A DNA stretch of 64,000 nucleotides, taken from positions 203 to 64,202 of the forward strand of contig CALRDB010000001.1 in assembly GCA_943354745.1 (NCBI GenBank). The letters run 5' to 3'. The stretch comes from Candidatus Nomurabacteria bacterium (lineage in GTDB: Bacteria > Patescibacteriota > Minisyncoccia > Phycocordibacterales > UBA10002). Under the pieces are notes generated by a model. That model had not been told where the DNA came from. It saw nothing but the letters and a program-made list of their open reading frames with translations, and made no database searches. Position 1 is the stretch's first letter; each line of letters opens with the position of its first letter. Below are positions 16,157 to 26,736 of the stretch, piece by piece. Position numbers and translations under genes: made by a program.

Positions 16157-17103
16157 CAACAAGCAAACACAAGAAAACACTCACGGTTGTTGCGCCGGTA
16201 TACAACGAGGAAGAAGTGATACGAGATTTTTATCAAGAGCTGAAAAACACGCTTCTCACTCTGTCTGAGTACCGCTCGACAATGCTCTTTGTGGTTGGAC
16301 GGGGAACCGATCGTACCTTTCCAATCCTGAAAGAAATCGCCACGGCGGACTCTTCGCTTCGCGTTCTGTACCTCTCTTCTCGTTTTGGACATCAAATGCA
16401 ATTACTCGCCGGTATCGACCATGCAGATTCCGATATCGTCATTATGATGGATTCGGATTTGCAACACCCTCCGGAAATTATTCCAACACTCCTTGCGGAA
16501 TATGAAAAAGGGAATGACGTAGTCTATACCGTTCGCGAGAAGACCTCCGATCAGGGTGTACTCCGGAAATGGTGTTCCGATATGTTCTATTGGTTTCTCA
16601 ACAAAATCTCCGATGTCCGCATAAGCGGTAATGCCGCCGATTTCAGGCTTATTTCACGAAAGGTGGCAGAGGTATTGAGACGTGAAATCCGGGAACGTAA
16701 TTTATTCCTGAGAGGGATCATACCGTGGCTCGGGTTTAATCAAATAGGAGTTTCTTTCGTCGCGAACCCTCGGCGGGCAGGGAAGAGTAAGTATTCATTT
16801 TCTCGCCTGATTACCTTTGGTCTCTCTGGGGTTGTTTCGTTCAGTAGAAAACCACTTCGCGTAGCTATCGTTGTTGGTCTCTTCGTTGCAAGTCTCGGTT
16901 TTCTGTATGCACTAACGGTTATTGCACAATCCTTTTACAATAGATCTTTACCCGCAGGCTGGGCGACCGTTATTGTGCTTTTGTCTATATTTGGCGGATT
17001 GCAACTCATTTTCTTGGGGATTCTTGGTGAATATATTGGCGCGATATTTGACGAAGTAAAGAAGCGTCCACATTATATTGTCGATCAGAAAATTAATTTT
17101 TAA
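16153..17103 (+). CDS. GT2 polyprenol-phosphate glycosyltransferase (GtrB-like)
   Basis: APVYNEE, FGHQ, MDSDLQHPP, DFRLIS, two C-terminal TM helices, IFDEVKKRPHYIV. Confidence 0.9.
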   Translation: MTTSKHKKTLTVVAPVYNEEEVIRDFYQELKNTLLTLSEYRSTMLFVVGRGTDRTFPILKEIATADSSLRVLYLSSRFGHQMQLLAGIDHADSDIVIMMDSDLQHPPEIIPTLLAEYEKGNDVVYTVREKTSDQGVLRKWCSDMFYWFLNKISDVRISGNAADFRLISRKVAEVLRREIRERNLFLRGIIPWLGFNQIGVSFVANPRRAGKSKYSFSRLITFGLSGVVSFSRKPLRVAIVVGLFVASLGFLYALTVIAQSFYNRSLPAGWATVIVLLSIFGGLQLIFLGILGEYIGAIFDEVKKRPHYIVDQKINF

Positions 17104-17105
17104 CT

Positions 17106-17930
17106 ATGAACTGTCATATTTGTAACAGCTCCAACACTCGGGTCCTCGATTCCCGATACGAAGTGTATTTCTGTAGAACCTGCGGTCATGAATTCAGTGC
17201 CTTGCCTCCCGAACGACAGGAAACCTACAGCCCGGAATATTTTCGTGAAGCGCACAAGAAATGGTTTGAAAATCCAAACGCCGTTTTGTTTCAGTGGATA
17301 CACACCATAGTGGAGGCGACAACACGCGGAAATCCGAGTGCCGCCTCGTTTCTTGACGTTGGGTGTGGCCAAGGAGATCTCCTTCGCTACCTGCGGGATG
17401 CGGGGAGTACCGTCAAGCTTTTCGGTGTTGATCTTGTACAGAATGCCGACGAGAGAATCACCTACTATCGGGGGGATTTCGTTTCCTTCCCGTTTGCAGA
17501 ACGGTTCGATGTGATTTCCGGGCTTATGGTCATCGAACACGTCGGTGGCCCGCACCAGTTTGTGCGCAAAATCAGTTCGATACTTAAGCCCGGAGGCATC
17601 GTCATTATGAATACCGTGAACGCGGGCGGATTTTTGTACACGCTGGCACGGGTGCTCCGCAGGGCGGGTCTTCGTGGCCCGTTCGAACGGCTGTACGACA
17701 AACATCATCTTGAGCACTACCGCGTCGCCTCACTTCGTAAACTGTTCGAGCTTGAAGGGTATCGCGTCATACGCATCCGCACGCATAATTTCCCGCTACG
17801 GGCTCTTGACGTGCCGGAAGGAAACGCACTTCTTGCGCGTATCTACCGAATCGGTATCGCCTGCGTGTTTTTTCTGACATCGCACTGGGGTGGGGTACAC
17901 GAAACCATTATCGTTCAAAAAGACACATGA
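17106..17930 (+). CDS. SAM-dependent methyltransferase with N-terminal Zn ribbon
   Basis: CHIC...CRTC, LDVGCGQG, VIEHV, LKPGG. Confidence 0.88.
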   Translation: MNCHICNSSNTRVLDSRYEVYFCRTCGHEFSALPPERQETYSPEYFREAHKKWFENPNAVLFQWIHTIVEATTRGNPSAASFLDVGCGQGDLLRYLRDAGSTVKLFGVDLVQNADERITYYRGDFVSFPFAERFDVISGLMVIEHVGGPHQFVRKISSILKPGGIVIMNTVNAGGFLYTLARVLRRAGLRGPFERLYDKHHLEHYRVASLRKLFELEGYRVIRIRTHNFPLRALDVPEGNALLARIYRIGIACVFFLTSHWGGVHETIIVQKDT

Positions 17931-19405
17931 GCGCGCCTGCGAAGATACGGGATCTTATACGGACACGGCCGGAAGTACTCGCGCTTTTCGGTGTCCTCTT
18001 GTTCATGAATGTATACGCCTTTTCCGGTCTCAAAGAGCGGCCGGAGTATTGGTACGATGAAGGACTTAATGTCGAACTTTCCCGGAGTGTCGCAGAGTTC
18101 GGCATTCCGGATATCGTCATCGCGCCCGATACGCTTTCGGAAAGCGGCGCGAGGATCGGATCGACCGGCTACCCAATCACCGTTCTGCTCGGAGGGGTAT
18201 TCAAAATCTTCGGTGTCGGGGTGGTGCAAGCCCGGCTGTGCATGTTGCTGTGGATGAACGCCCTGGTTATTTCACTTTTTTTTGCGATTCGGAAACGGTG
18301 GGGGAGTCAGGAGGCTATTGGTACCCTGCTTCTCTGTACCACCTTCGCTCCTTTTTACGGGAACGGTCTTACGGTCATGGGAGAAATTCCCGGTCTTTTC
18401 TTTCTCCTTTGGTCGTTTTATTTTTTTGAACAAAAGACCTATTGGAAATCCGGACTGTTGCTCGGCCTCTCGGTTGTTTCGAAGCCGTCGGTCTATCTCT
18501 TTTTTATTCCCGCGTTCACGGTCGCGCTCCTGTTCGGGAAAGAAACCGGGCGCGAAAAGTTGAAAAATCTCTGTAAACTCGGCGTTACTTCAATCGCCGC
18601 CCTTGTTCCTTGGGTGCTAATTTACCGTGACTCAGTCAGCCGTGTTTCTTTCTGGGAGGGGTTATTCTCGCACTTCAAAAATCCATACGGGGATTTCGGA
18701 TTCTCGGTCTGGGGAAATATTCAGAACAATCTCGGAGGATTCTTCCATTCGTCCACGCTTATCTATTTTTCCTTACTCACGCTCGCTGTACTCTGCGCGC
18801 TTGCCGCAGAGCGCTCGCTCGCGCGTGAACACCGAACACTTCTCGTTGTCGCGCTTGTATACCTTCCCCTTTCATTTTTTCAGTATCTGAAAAGTCTCGG
18901 ATATCTTCGCTATCTTATCGCCACAGAATTTTTACTTTTCCTTCTGTTCGTTTTAGTGCTACCGACACTTACCCGGTTTGCACTGAACTACGTCCCCTTT
19001 TTATCTGTCAGGGTTTCCCGTGCCGCGGGCGCCGTTCTCACAGTCCTCATACTCTTTCAGGCCGTTCATCTGTTTTGGTTTTCCGACCTGTACTCCGGCA
19101 GGAGCGCGGAAATGACCGTGGCATACATACAGCTTGTCTATCCTGAAGGTGTAATCGGCATTATCAATGCGCCACAGGTGGGGAGTCTTATCTCACCGCA
19201 CCGGAAGTACCAGTATCTATCAACCTTCGGTCTCACGAAGTTCGGAGTGAATCCTGTCTTTCTTGCGCCTGAGAAAATGCCCGTCGCTATCGTTACCGAC
19301 GGGAAGAACAATATACTTTCTCTCGAAGAACAGGAGTTGCTCCTAATGCGGTATGCGCCGGACGTAACATTCACCGAAGATTTTTTGGTGTACAAAAAGA
19401 AGTAA
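17927..19405 (+). CDS. GT-C fold (ArnT/PMT-like) membrane glycosyltransferase
   Basis: WYDEG motif after the first TM helix; polytopic; GLSVVSKP. Confidence 0.78.
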   Translation: MSAPAKIRDLIRTRPEVLALFGVLLFMNVYAFSGLKERPEYWYDEGLNVELSRSVAEFGIPDIVIAPDTLSESGARIGSTGYPITVLLGGVFKIFGVGVVQARLCMLLWMNALVISLFFAIRKRWGSQEAIGTLLLCTTFAPFYGNGLTVMGEIPGLFFLLWSFYFFEQKTYWKSGLLLGLSVVSKPSVYLFFIPAFTVALLFGKETGREKLKNLCKLGVTSIAALVPWVLIYRDSVSRVSFWEGLFSHFKNPYGDFGFSVWGNIQNNLGGFFHSSTLIYFSLLTLAVLCALAAERSLAREHRTLLVVALVYLPLSFFQYLKSLGYLRYLIATEFLLFLLFVLVLPTLTRFALNYVPFLSVRVSRAAGAVLTVLILFQAVHLFWFSDLYSGRSAEMTVAYIQLVYPEGVIGIINAPQVGSLISPHRKYQYLSTFGLTKFGVNPVFLAPEKMPVAIVTDGKNNILSLEEQELLLMRYAPDVTFTEDFLVYKKK

Positions 19406-19412
19406 TGTAATT

Positions 19413-19448
19413 AAAAAAGTAGCCGCCACTCTCGAGGAGTTGGCGGCT
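19413..19448 (-). terminator. Intrinsic terminator between convergent genes
   Basis: agccgcca/tggcggct stem with an A tract at 19413-19418 (U tract on the minus strand). Confidence 0.7.
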
Positions 19449-19477
19449 GTGTGTGAAATCGCTGAGCTTGTGTAGGG

Positions 19478-20137
19478 CTACCTTGTGTCCCTCTGTCTGA
19501 GGTACGCAAGTGCTTCTGCGTACGACACCAATGGCACGGGGGTGCCCGTTGTCATGTACTTTTCGATACTCTCGAGCTCCAGACCTGGGATGTCACTCCG
19601 GTCTTTAAATCTCCGTGTCTGTGAATGCTCCACGTCTGCTTCATACAGTGGCAGACGGGTTCCAACCTGGGCGAACACCTGTAGGTCTGCTCCAAGCTTG
19701 ATTATTGCGGTGATTATGGAGAGCACACACCTTACTAGGTGAAACTCAGGCGCAAGAACAATGAGTCCCTTCCAGCTTCTTTTTTGCGCGAGTTCAACCA
19801 TTGAGAACGCTTCAGTAAGCGTGGTTAGTAATTGACCGTCGAAAGGAACGAGGGAGATATGCTCCCGTTCTACACGAAGATCTTTAAGTACTCGAATCCA
19901 GGCTTCCGCTCCGGGATAGCCAGGACGGCTCGGGCCTTGGTTATCGATGATGCAGATCGTGGATGTGGCACACACTGTGAGAAACTCGGCTGCCCTGGTA
20001 AGGGAAGAACGTTGGTTATCGGGAGTCTCGGTGGGAAGGAAGAGGGGAAGTGAGTCCCCTCTTGGTACAACATCGGTGAGCACAATGGTCGTGAAGCGCT
20101 GCCGCTGCCTTTCTTTTTCGGTTGTAAAATCTGCCAC
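19478..20137 (-). CDS. YdcF/ElyC/SanA (DUF218)-like protein
   Basis: TTLTEA...WKGLIVLAPEFHLVRC resembles the DUF218 pattern 'T.ENA...lvTs.fH..Ra'. Confidence 0.55.
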   Translation of the reverse strand: MADFTTEKERQRQRFTTIVLTDVVPRGDSLPLFLPTETPDNQRSSLTRAAEFLTVCATSTICIIDNQGPSRPGYPGAEAWIRVLKDLRVEREHISLVPFDGQLLTTLTEAFSMVELAQKRSWKGLIVLAPEFHLVRCVLSIITAIIKLGADLQVFAQVGTRLPLYEADVEHSQTRRFKDRSDIPGLELESIEKYMTTGTPVPLVSYAEALAYLRQRDTR

Positions 20138-20271
20138 AATGCACCTTTCGGTAAATTGTTTGGTTGGACAACAAAGAATATTCCCACGTCTCCGCAGGCT
20201 TTGCTCAGCTGTTTTTTGAGAAGGAACAGCTCGTATTATATAAGCATATTTATTTCACTATGTCAATTAAT

Positions 20272-21645
20272 TCAGTCCGTCTTTTCTGCTTTGTTTAACA
20301 AAACTTTCGCTTTGCTGCCAATCCCATAAGCACCATATACCGCAAAGATAAGAATAAGAGCGTCCACAGGCATCCTGAATCGTGCATTAACTGCAAGACC
20401 CACTGCTATCGTCGTCAGTGCGAAATAGGCGATAAGGAGAGAGATGAAGATACCTCTGGTCCTATACTCTGGTATCTTGATATACCTAAATGCACCATAA
20501 AAGAAGCACAGCGAAATGAGTATCCATGCGATTCTTCCAAAGATCACAAAGAGTATCGGACTTGTAAGGAGTGGGACGATGAAATTGAGCGTTTTTACTG
20601 GAGATTCTAAGAAGAGGGTAAGTGCTGGACGATCCATTTGGAGAGAGGGAGAAATTTTCAATTGCTGTAAAACATCCATATAGCCGTCATGTGAAAAGAA
20701 AGTCAGAAATGTTGTGATAACGGATTTCAGTATACCCATTGGATGTTCCCTAATTATCGGGAAAATGCGCTTTTTGTATTCCTCGGCATTTGTTAGGGTA
20801 ATGTCCTCTACACTTGTGATGTTACCTTCGCCTATGTAGAACTCACGTTTGGCTTGTTCGAACCCGATGTGCTTTTCCGCCGCGAGTACCGAAGGTATAA
20901 GATATCCAAAAGGGACACTCGCATATTGGACTGATAATGACGGATTCCCAAAACGTATGAGGTTTCGAATGCACCACGGTGCAATTATAAGGAAAAAGAT
21001 TCCTCCCATGATTAACGAATGAAGACCGGCCTGCCGTGATCTTTTCAAAAGTAGGAACACTATACCGATAAGTAAAAAAGGTAGAAACTGAATAGTTGGT
21101 CGCGTAAGAGTCGCAAATGCGAAGAAACCAGTCGCATAAGCAAGGGTAGCCATCTTTTGTTCTTGTATGTAGTCTAAGAAAAAGGTAACTCCCGCAAGGA
21201 GGAGGACCGTAAATAGTGTTTCACTAATCAGTATTGTCGCCAGCAAGATATTGAGTGGTTCGAATGCGAGTAGAAGAGCAATGCTATTTGCAGTTCGTTT
21301 CCATGCAGGCAACAGTTGAAGTGAAATACGATAGGCGAGTAGTGGGATAAGACCGCCAAGGATAATCTGCGCAAAGAGGGCGATGTAGTAGTTTTTGAAA
21401 ATAAGGACAAACGCTGCTAAGAAAAGCGGATAAAAAGGGGTCCGTACGGATCCTGGAATAAAAGGTGGTTGTACTGCGTGTGAGAACCCGTTACCTAACA
21501 ATAAATTTTCTGCGATCTCATAATATCCATCAAGATGGGGAATAGGCATGACAGACTTCTGGTCTGACTGCATAAGTAATACATAAAAAAAGAGCAACCG
21601 TGCTAGAACGGCAAGAGAAAAAAACAACCACATTTTACGGGACAT
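20272..21645 (-). CDS. GT-C fold (ArnT/PMT-like) membrane glycosyltransferase
   Basis: DGYYEIAENL, RTPFYPLFLA, SETLF, LTRP, PWCIRN, RFRMP. Confidence 0.8.
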   Translation of the reverse strand: MSRKMWLFFSLAVLARLLFFYVLLMQSDQKSVMPIPHLDGYYEIAENLLLGNGFSHAVQPPFIPGSVRTPFYPLFLAAFVLIFKNYYIALFAQIILGGLIPLLAYRISLQLLPAWKRTANSIALLLAFEPLNILLATILISETLFTVLLLAGVTFFLDYIQEQKMATLAYATGFFAFATLTRPTIQFLPFLLIGIVFLLLKRSRQAGLHSLIMGGIFFLIIAPWCIRNLIRFGNPSLSVQYASVPFGYLIPSVLAAEKHIGFEQAKREFYIGEGNITSVEDITLTNAEEYKKRIFPIIREHPMGILKSVITTFLTFFSHDGYMDVLQQLKISPSLQMDRPALTLFLESPVKTLNFIVPLLTSPILFVIFGRIAWILISLCFFYGAFRYIKIPEYRTRGIFISLLIAYFALTTIAVGLAVNARFRMPVDALILIFAVYGAYGIGSKAKVLLNKAEKTD

Positions 21646-21651
21646 AATATG

Positions 21652-21680
21652 TTTACTTTTATTTTAAGAGACACTATAAT
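21652..21680 (+). promoter_or_regulatory. Promoter for a probable leaderless transcript
   Basis: TTTACT-17-TATAAT ending 6 nt before the ATG at 21687. Confidence 0.6.
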
Positions 21681-21686
21681 CACTCA

Positions 21687-22457
21687 ATGTCATTTTTTGG
21701 CGGAAAACCGAAGATCATAGGAATGATTCCTGCGTACAACTGCGCGCATCTCCTTAAGAAGGCGTATGAGCAAGTCCCGAAAGAATACTTTGATGATATC
21801 ATTGTGGTTGATGATGGGTCAACGGACGAAACACTCACTGTCGCTAAAACTCTCGGTGTAAAAGTGTTTACACATCCGCACGCAGGCTATGGGGGGAATA
21901 TTAAGTATGCTATCAAGCAAGCTCTCTCACTCGGAGCAGAGTATATGATTGAGATTCACGGAGACGGGCAGTATGACCCTGCCAACATCCCGGAGGCCAT
22001 AAAAAAGATACACACAGGTAACTACGATTTTCTTCTTGGTTCCCGTTTTACCTCACTCCTTCAGCCACTTCGCGACAGGATGTCACTTGTTCGGTATGTA
22101 GCAAATCTAGGCATGAGTTTTATTGATCGTCTGGTGTTACGTCTTCCACTTTCCGAGTTTCATCAAGGATTTCGTGTTTACTCGAGGAATCTTATCGAGT
22201 CAGTCGGTCTCGATCACACCAGCGATGATCATCTGTTCAGCTTTCAGATTATCGCGAAAGCCGCATTTGCACGAATGCGAGTGGGGGAGATATCTGTTAG
22301 GTGTAACTACGCCGAGGAACATACGTCTATAAATCTACGACGATCAGTTGTGTACGCAATACTTACCTTTGGCGTTCTTCTGCAGTACATTCTTGCTATG
22401 GTTGGATTTCACTCGCTGCTTTTTCGGAAAGAGAGCAAGAATCGCATCACTGCATAG
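21687..22457 (+). CDS. GT2 glycosyltransferase (DPM1-like)
   Basis: IPAYN, VDDGSTD, HGDGQYDP, LGSRF, GFRVY. Confidence 0.9.
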   Translation: MSFFGGKPKIIGMIPAYNCAHLLKKAYEQVPKEYFDDIIVVDDGSTDETLTVAKTLGVKVFTHPHAGYGGNIKYAIKQALSLGAEYMIEIHGDGQYDPANIPEAIKKIHTGNYDFLLGSRFTSLLQPLRDRMSLVRYVANLGMSFIDRLVLRLPLSEFHQGFRVYSRNLIESVGLDHTSDDHLFSFQIIAKAAFARMRVGEISVRCNYAEEHTSINLRRSVVYAILTFGVLLQYILAMVGFHSLLFRKESKNRITA

Positions 22458-22460
22458 TGT

Positions 22461-23714
22461 ATGAGAATCAAAAGTAGTCACATAACACACCGATCAACGT
22501 GTAGAATTTGCGGAGGCATGAAACTTTCTCGAATTCTTTCGCTCGGTCCGACACCGCTTGCAAACGCGTTTCTCCTCGAACATGAGCGGCACCTTCCTGA
22601 ATCGTATTTCCCTCTTGATGTGTACGTGTGTAAAGCATGCAGTCTTGTGCAACTTATCGATGTTGTTGACCCACGTATTTTGTTTAAGGATTATGTGTAC
22701 GTGTCCTCGACGTCTCCCGTCTTTGTAGCGCATTTCGATACGTTTGCTCGACAGGTCTTTGATAGATTCCATCTCTCAGCACGTTCGCTCGTTATTGATA
22801 TCGGCTCAAATGACGGCATACTCCTCAGGCCCTTTAAACAACTTGGTGCTCGTGTACTCGGAGTAGAACCGGATCGTTCGATTGGAACGATAGCGCGGAA
22901 AGCGGGAGTAACAACCATCTCCGAATTTTTCAGTCTTATTGTCGCAAGGAAAATTCTGAAGAAGTATGGTGAAGCTTCTATTGTTACGGCAACCAATGTC
23001 TTTGCGCATGTTGATGACATTCACGGTTTGGTGAAAGGTGTCAAGCATCTCTTAACGAAAAATGGTGTATTTATCATAGAAGTGCCGTATCTGGTGGATT
23101 TTCTTGAGAAGAACCTTTTTGACACGGTCTATCACGAGCATCTGTCCTATTTTAGTGTGACCGCACTACACTATTTTTTTGAGCAGTTGGGGATGGCTAT
23201 CATTGATGTAGAGCGAGTCGCAACTCACGGCGGATCGCTTCGTGTCTTTATTGCTCGAGCAGGATCAACCCACAAGAAAGAATCTTCGGTACAGTCGTTT
23301 CTCACGAGCGAAAAAAAGATAGGACTACAAGAGGAAAAAATATACCACGAATATAAAAAGAAAATTGAGCGAAATAAGGTTACACTACATACGTTACTTT
23401 CGAAGTTAAAAGAGAAAGGTAACAGTATTGCGGGATATGGGGCTCCGGCGAAAGGGAATACGTTACTCAACTTTTTTGGAGTAGGGGATGAACTACTCAG
23501 TTATATCGTAGATGATAGCCATCATAAACAAGGGCGATATACTCCTGGGAAGCGAATACCGGTTGTATCGAGTGAAAAACTGAAGACACATCCCCCTGAC
23601 TACCTCCTTATTATTGCGTGGAACTTTGCAGAGTCAATAATGAAGAAAAACGAAGAGTTCAGAAGGCATGGCGGGAAGTTTATAATACCCGTTCCTTCGC
23701 CCAAAATTATATGA
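22461..23714 (+). CDS. NDP-sugar C-methyltransferase
   Basis: CRICG...LGPTPLANAF...CSLVQL, DIGSNDG, FDTVYHEH, GYGAPAKGNTLLN, AWNF. Confidence 0.9.
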   Translation: MRIKSSHITHRSTCRICGGMKLSRILSLGPTPLANAFLLEHERHLPESYFPLDVYVCKACSLVQLIDVVDPRILFKDYVYVSSTSPVFVAHFDTFARQVFDRFHLSARSLVIDIGSNDGILLRPFKQLGARVLGVEPDRSIGTIARKAGVTTISEFFSLIVARKILKKYGEASIVTATNVFAHVDDIHGLVKGVKHLLTKNGVFIIEVPYLVDFLEKNLFDTVYHEHLSYFSVTALHYFFEQLGMAIIDVERVATHGGSLRVFIARAGSTHKKESSVQSFLTSEKKIGLQEEKIYHEYKKKIERNKVTLHTLLSKLKEKGNSIAGYGAPAKGNTLLNFFGVGDELLSYIVDDSHHKQGRYTPGKRIPVVSSEKLKTHPPDYLLIIAWNFAESIMKKNEEFRRHGGKFIIPVPSPKII

Positions 23715-23819
23715 TATGTTTGTCCCAAACGTTACTTTTTGTTATAGACGCAAGGGAAAATAGCTAGGCGGGAAAAGCGAATAAACGGAAAAGTACATGA
23801 TACTGTTTACAGTAACCAT

Positions 23820-24896
23820 ATGAAATCAACCATTATTCAGGAAGATATCGAGACCATCGCGCAATCGCTTGGGCGTGAGATTCGGGCGTTGGAGGGTAAG
23901 ACCATACTTATTTCAGGGAGTTCAGGATTTCTTGGTAGCTATTTTTCCGTTCTGCTCCAATATCTTAATAAGACAGTATTTAAGAAACCGTGTTCTGTTA
24001 TTGCCTTGGATAATCAAATCACAGGCATTTTGGCTAATGCGCTTGGAGATATAACCGACAAGCATTTTTCAATCAAAAAATTTGACATCTGCACCCCGAT
24101 TTCAATTCAAGGTCCTATTGACTATATTATCCATTTGGCAGGGATTGCGTCGCCTGTCTACTATATGAAATTTCCACTGGAAACAATAAAGACCGCAACT
24201 ATAGGCACGCAAAATCTTCTCGAGTTGGCTAGACTCAAGAAAGTAAAGAAATTTCTCTTTTTTAGTTCAAGCGAAATTTACGGCGATCCAACGCCGGATG
24301 CCGTGCCAACTAAGGAAAGCTATAAAGGTAATGTTTCTTCAATCGGTCCGAGAGCGTGTTATGACGAATCTAAACGTCTTGGTGAGACCTTTTGCACGGT
24401 GTATCACACTTTATACAACGTACCGTCTCAAATCGTTCGGCCATTTAATGTGTATGGACCAGGTATGAAGGCTGACGATCGGCGTGTAATTCCACAATTT
24501 CTATCCTGTGCTTTTGACGGAAAACCGCTTCCTGTTCACGGTAATGGACTGCACACTAGAAGTTACTGCTATATAACTGATGCTATCGTCGGGTTTCTTA
24601 AGGTGCTCCTTTCGAAAGACAGTGGTGAAGTCTACAATATTGGCAATCATAAAAGTGAAACAGATCTGGTCAGTTTGGCGAAGCTGGTAATCGAACTTAC
24701 CAAACAACCGGTTACTATCGCTAAAATACCGTATCCTCCCGAGTACCCCGCGGATGAACCAAGTCGTCGTTGTCCAAATATCGGAAAAGCAATGCGGAAT
24801 TTGGCGTTTGTACCAAAAGTAAATCTCCGCACGGGCCTCAAACGAGTAATTGCTTGTCGAGTGATGCCACATGCTCCGTTACTTCCGAAGAAATAA
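23820..24896 (+). CDS. UDP-glucuronate decarboxylase-like epimerase/dehydratase
   Basis: HLAGIASPVYY, SSSEIYGDP, GPRACYDESKR, RPFNVYGPGM, RRCPNI. Confidence 0.87.
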   Translation: MKSTIIQEDIETIAQSLGREIRALEGKTILISGSSGFLGSYFSVLLQYLNKTVFKKPCSVIALDNQITGILANALGDITDKHFSIKKFDICTPISIQGPIDYIIHLAGIASPVYYMKFPLETIKTATIGTQNLLELARLKKVKKFLFFSSSEIYGDPTPDAVPTKESYKGNVSSIGPRACYDESKRLGETFCTVYHTLYNVPSQIVRPFNVYGPGMKADDRRVIPQFLSCAFDGKPLPVHGNGLHTRSYCYITDAIVGFLKVLLSKDSGEVYNIGNHKSETDLVSLAKLVIELTKQPVTIAKIPYPPEYPADEPSRRCPNIGKAMRNLAFVPKVNLRTGLKRVIACRVMPHAPLLPKK

Positions 24897-24967
24897 AACA
24901 TAAATACCAAGTTCTTGTATCTAATTACTCTTAGTTTACTTCTAGTTTTCCACACACTTTTTGTTAT

Positions 24968-25708
24968 ATGGGAAAATGGCCCAAATACATTCCTCCTCTC
25001 ACTGCAGAGCAGAAAGAGATTAGTAATGACTTCATGAAATATTGGCATGAAGTCCTTCCTAGTAGATTTGGGATTATAGAAAAGTTTAATCAAGGCTTTC
25101 CCGTGTGGAATACCAAAAATTTCACGACAACATTAGAAATTGGAGGCGGACTAGGAGAACACCTCTTGTACGAGAAACTTTCTCCTTTACAAGAGCAAAA
25201 TTATTATGCTATGGATATTCGGGAAAACATGGCAACAGAGATTCGACGTCGGTTTCCCTTGGTAAAGACTATTGTCGGAGATTGTCAGAAAAAGCAAGAT
25301 TTTCCTGATAAATTTTTTGATCGAATACTCGCCATTCATGTCTTGGAACATCTTCCAGACCTTCCTCAATGTTTGAAAGAAATGCACCGACTACTGTGTA
25401 AGGACGGTACGTTTCTTGTGGTAATTCCAACAGAGGGAAGTCTGGCATACTCTCTTGCGCGTAAGGTTTCTGCCGAGCGTATTTATCGTAAACGGTACAA
25501 AGGAACTAACTATCCTGCCTATACGTGGTTTTATACCAGGGAGCACATAAACTTCCCCTCAGAGATCTTTAAAGAGTTGGCTTTATATTTTGAAATTGAA
25601 AAATCATCATACTTTCCGTTTCGGGTCCCGTTGTTGTTTTGCAATTTAGCGGTAGGTCTTGTGCTTAAACCGAAAGTAATAAAAGAAGATGAGATGGTTG
25701 ACAAATAA
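24968..25708 (+). CDS. Class I SAM-dependent methyltransferase
   Basis: TLEIGGGLG, FDRILAIHVLEHLPD. Confidence 0.87.
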   Translation: MGKWPKYIPPLTAEQKEISNDFMKYWHEVLPSRFGIIEKFNQGFPVWNTKNFTTTLEIGGGLGEHLLYEKLSPLQEQNYYAMDIRENMATEIRRRFPLVKTIVGDCQKKQDFPDKFFDRILAIHVLEHLPDLPQCLKEMHRLLCKDGTFLVVIPTEGSLAYSLARKVSAERIYRKRYKGTNYPAYTWFYTREHINFPSEIFKELALYFEIEKSSYFPFRVPLLFCNLAVGLVLKPKVIKEDEMVDK

Positions 25709-25725
25709 TCTCTTAATGGTTCAGT

Positions 25726-25754
25726 TTGATTTGTCTGACAAAAAAGGTTAAAAT
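25726..25754 (+). promoter_or_regulatory. Promoter for a probable leaderless transcript
   Basis: TTGATT-17-TAAAAT ending 6 nt before the ATG at 25761. Confidence 0.55.
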
Positions 25755-25760
25755 CGCAAC

Positions 25761-26687
25761 ATGATTTCCGTAGTATTCCCAGCCTATAATGAAGAAAAAA
25801 ATTTAGCTGAATTACATCGGCGGTTGCTTGTGGTACTTAAAGCCATGAACGAACCCTTTGAAATTATAGCAGTCAATAACGCTTCGACTGATGGAACGCT
25901 TTCGGAGCTAAAAAAATTATCGCCTGTTAAGATCATTACGATTGCGTATAATATTGGTCAAACGGCAGGTCTTGATGCAGGGATTCATGATGCAGAAGGG
26001 GAGGTGATTATTACCTTAGACGCTGATCTTCAGAATGACCCCGCTGATATTCCTTTGCTTGTTGCAAAAATAAGGGATGGGTATGATGTTGTGTCAGGGT
26101 GGCGACAAGACCGACAAGATTCAATGGGTCGACGTATACTCTCGCGCCTCGCAAATTGGCTTACGTCTCGTGTAACGGGATTATACCTGCATGACTCCGC
26201 TTGTGCATTGAAGGCTTACCGAAAGGAAATGATTTCACCAATTCATCTTTACGGTGAAATGCATGTCTTCTTGCCGGCTCTGCTTTTTATGCGTGGGGCG
26301 AAAGTAGCTGAAGTTCCTGTACGTCATCATGCAAGGAAGTTTGGCATATCCAAACATTATTTCTTTAAGGCAGTCAAAGATATCTTTGATTTATTAACTA
26401 TTAAATTTTTGAGTGGATTGTCCGGTCGTCCTTTGGTTTTTTTTGGCGGGATTGGAGTCGTATCGGCACTTCTCGGATGTCTTTCAGCTATCGTTGCGAT
26501 CTATCTTAGATTGGCCGGCATCTTGCATCTTGGTCAAACACCCCTCCCCATTTTTGCCGTCTTTCTTGTTTTGGCTGGTATCTTGTTCTTTATGATGGGT
26601 TTCCTTGCGGAGCTCATGCTTCGAGTATATTTTGAGACAAATCAAAAAACTCCTTATACTATCTCTGAACGTATTGAGATAAAGTGA
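25761..26687 (+). CDS. GT2 polyprenol-phosphate glycosyltransferase (ArnC-like)
   Basis: PAYNEE, GQTAG, LDADLQNDPADIP, VSGWR, LYGEMH, C-terminal TM pair. Confidence 0.9.
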   Translation: MISVVFPAYNEEKNLAELHRRLLVVLKAMNEPFEIIAVNNASTDGTLSELKKLSPVKIITIAYNIGQTAGLDAGIHDAEGEVIITLDADLQNDPADIPLLVAKIRDGYDVVSGWRQDRQDSMGRRILSRLANWLTSRVTGLYLHDSACALKAYRKEMISPIHLYGEMHVFLPALLFMRGAKVAEVPVRHHARKFGISKHYFFKAVKDIFDLLTIKFLSGLSGRPLVFFGGIGVVSALLGCLSAIVAIYLRLAGILHLGQTPLPIFAVFLVLAGILFFMMGFLAELMLRVYFETNQKTPYTISERIEIK

Positions 26688-26736
26688 AATTTCTTTGTAG
26701 CTTGCTGTAATCTATTTTTTGTTGTATAAATAGGTC

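Noticed and set aside
20235-20266. Minus-strand TTGACA/TATAAT promoter for the DUF218-like gene
   Set aside because: The two perfect hexamers are 20 nt apart, outside the usual 16-18 spacing, so the promoter could not be placed confidently.
24850-24896. Atypical C-terminus of the UXS-like gene as a frameshift or deletion scar
   Set aside because: No alternative frame or junction repeat could be demonstrated by eye.
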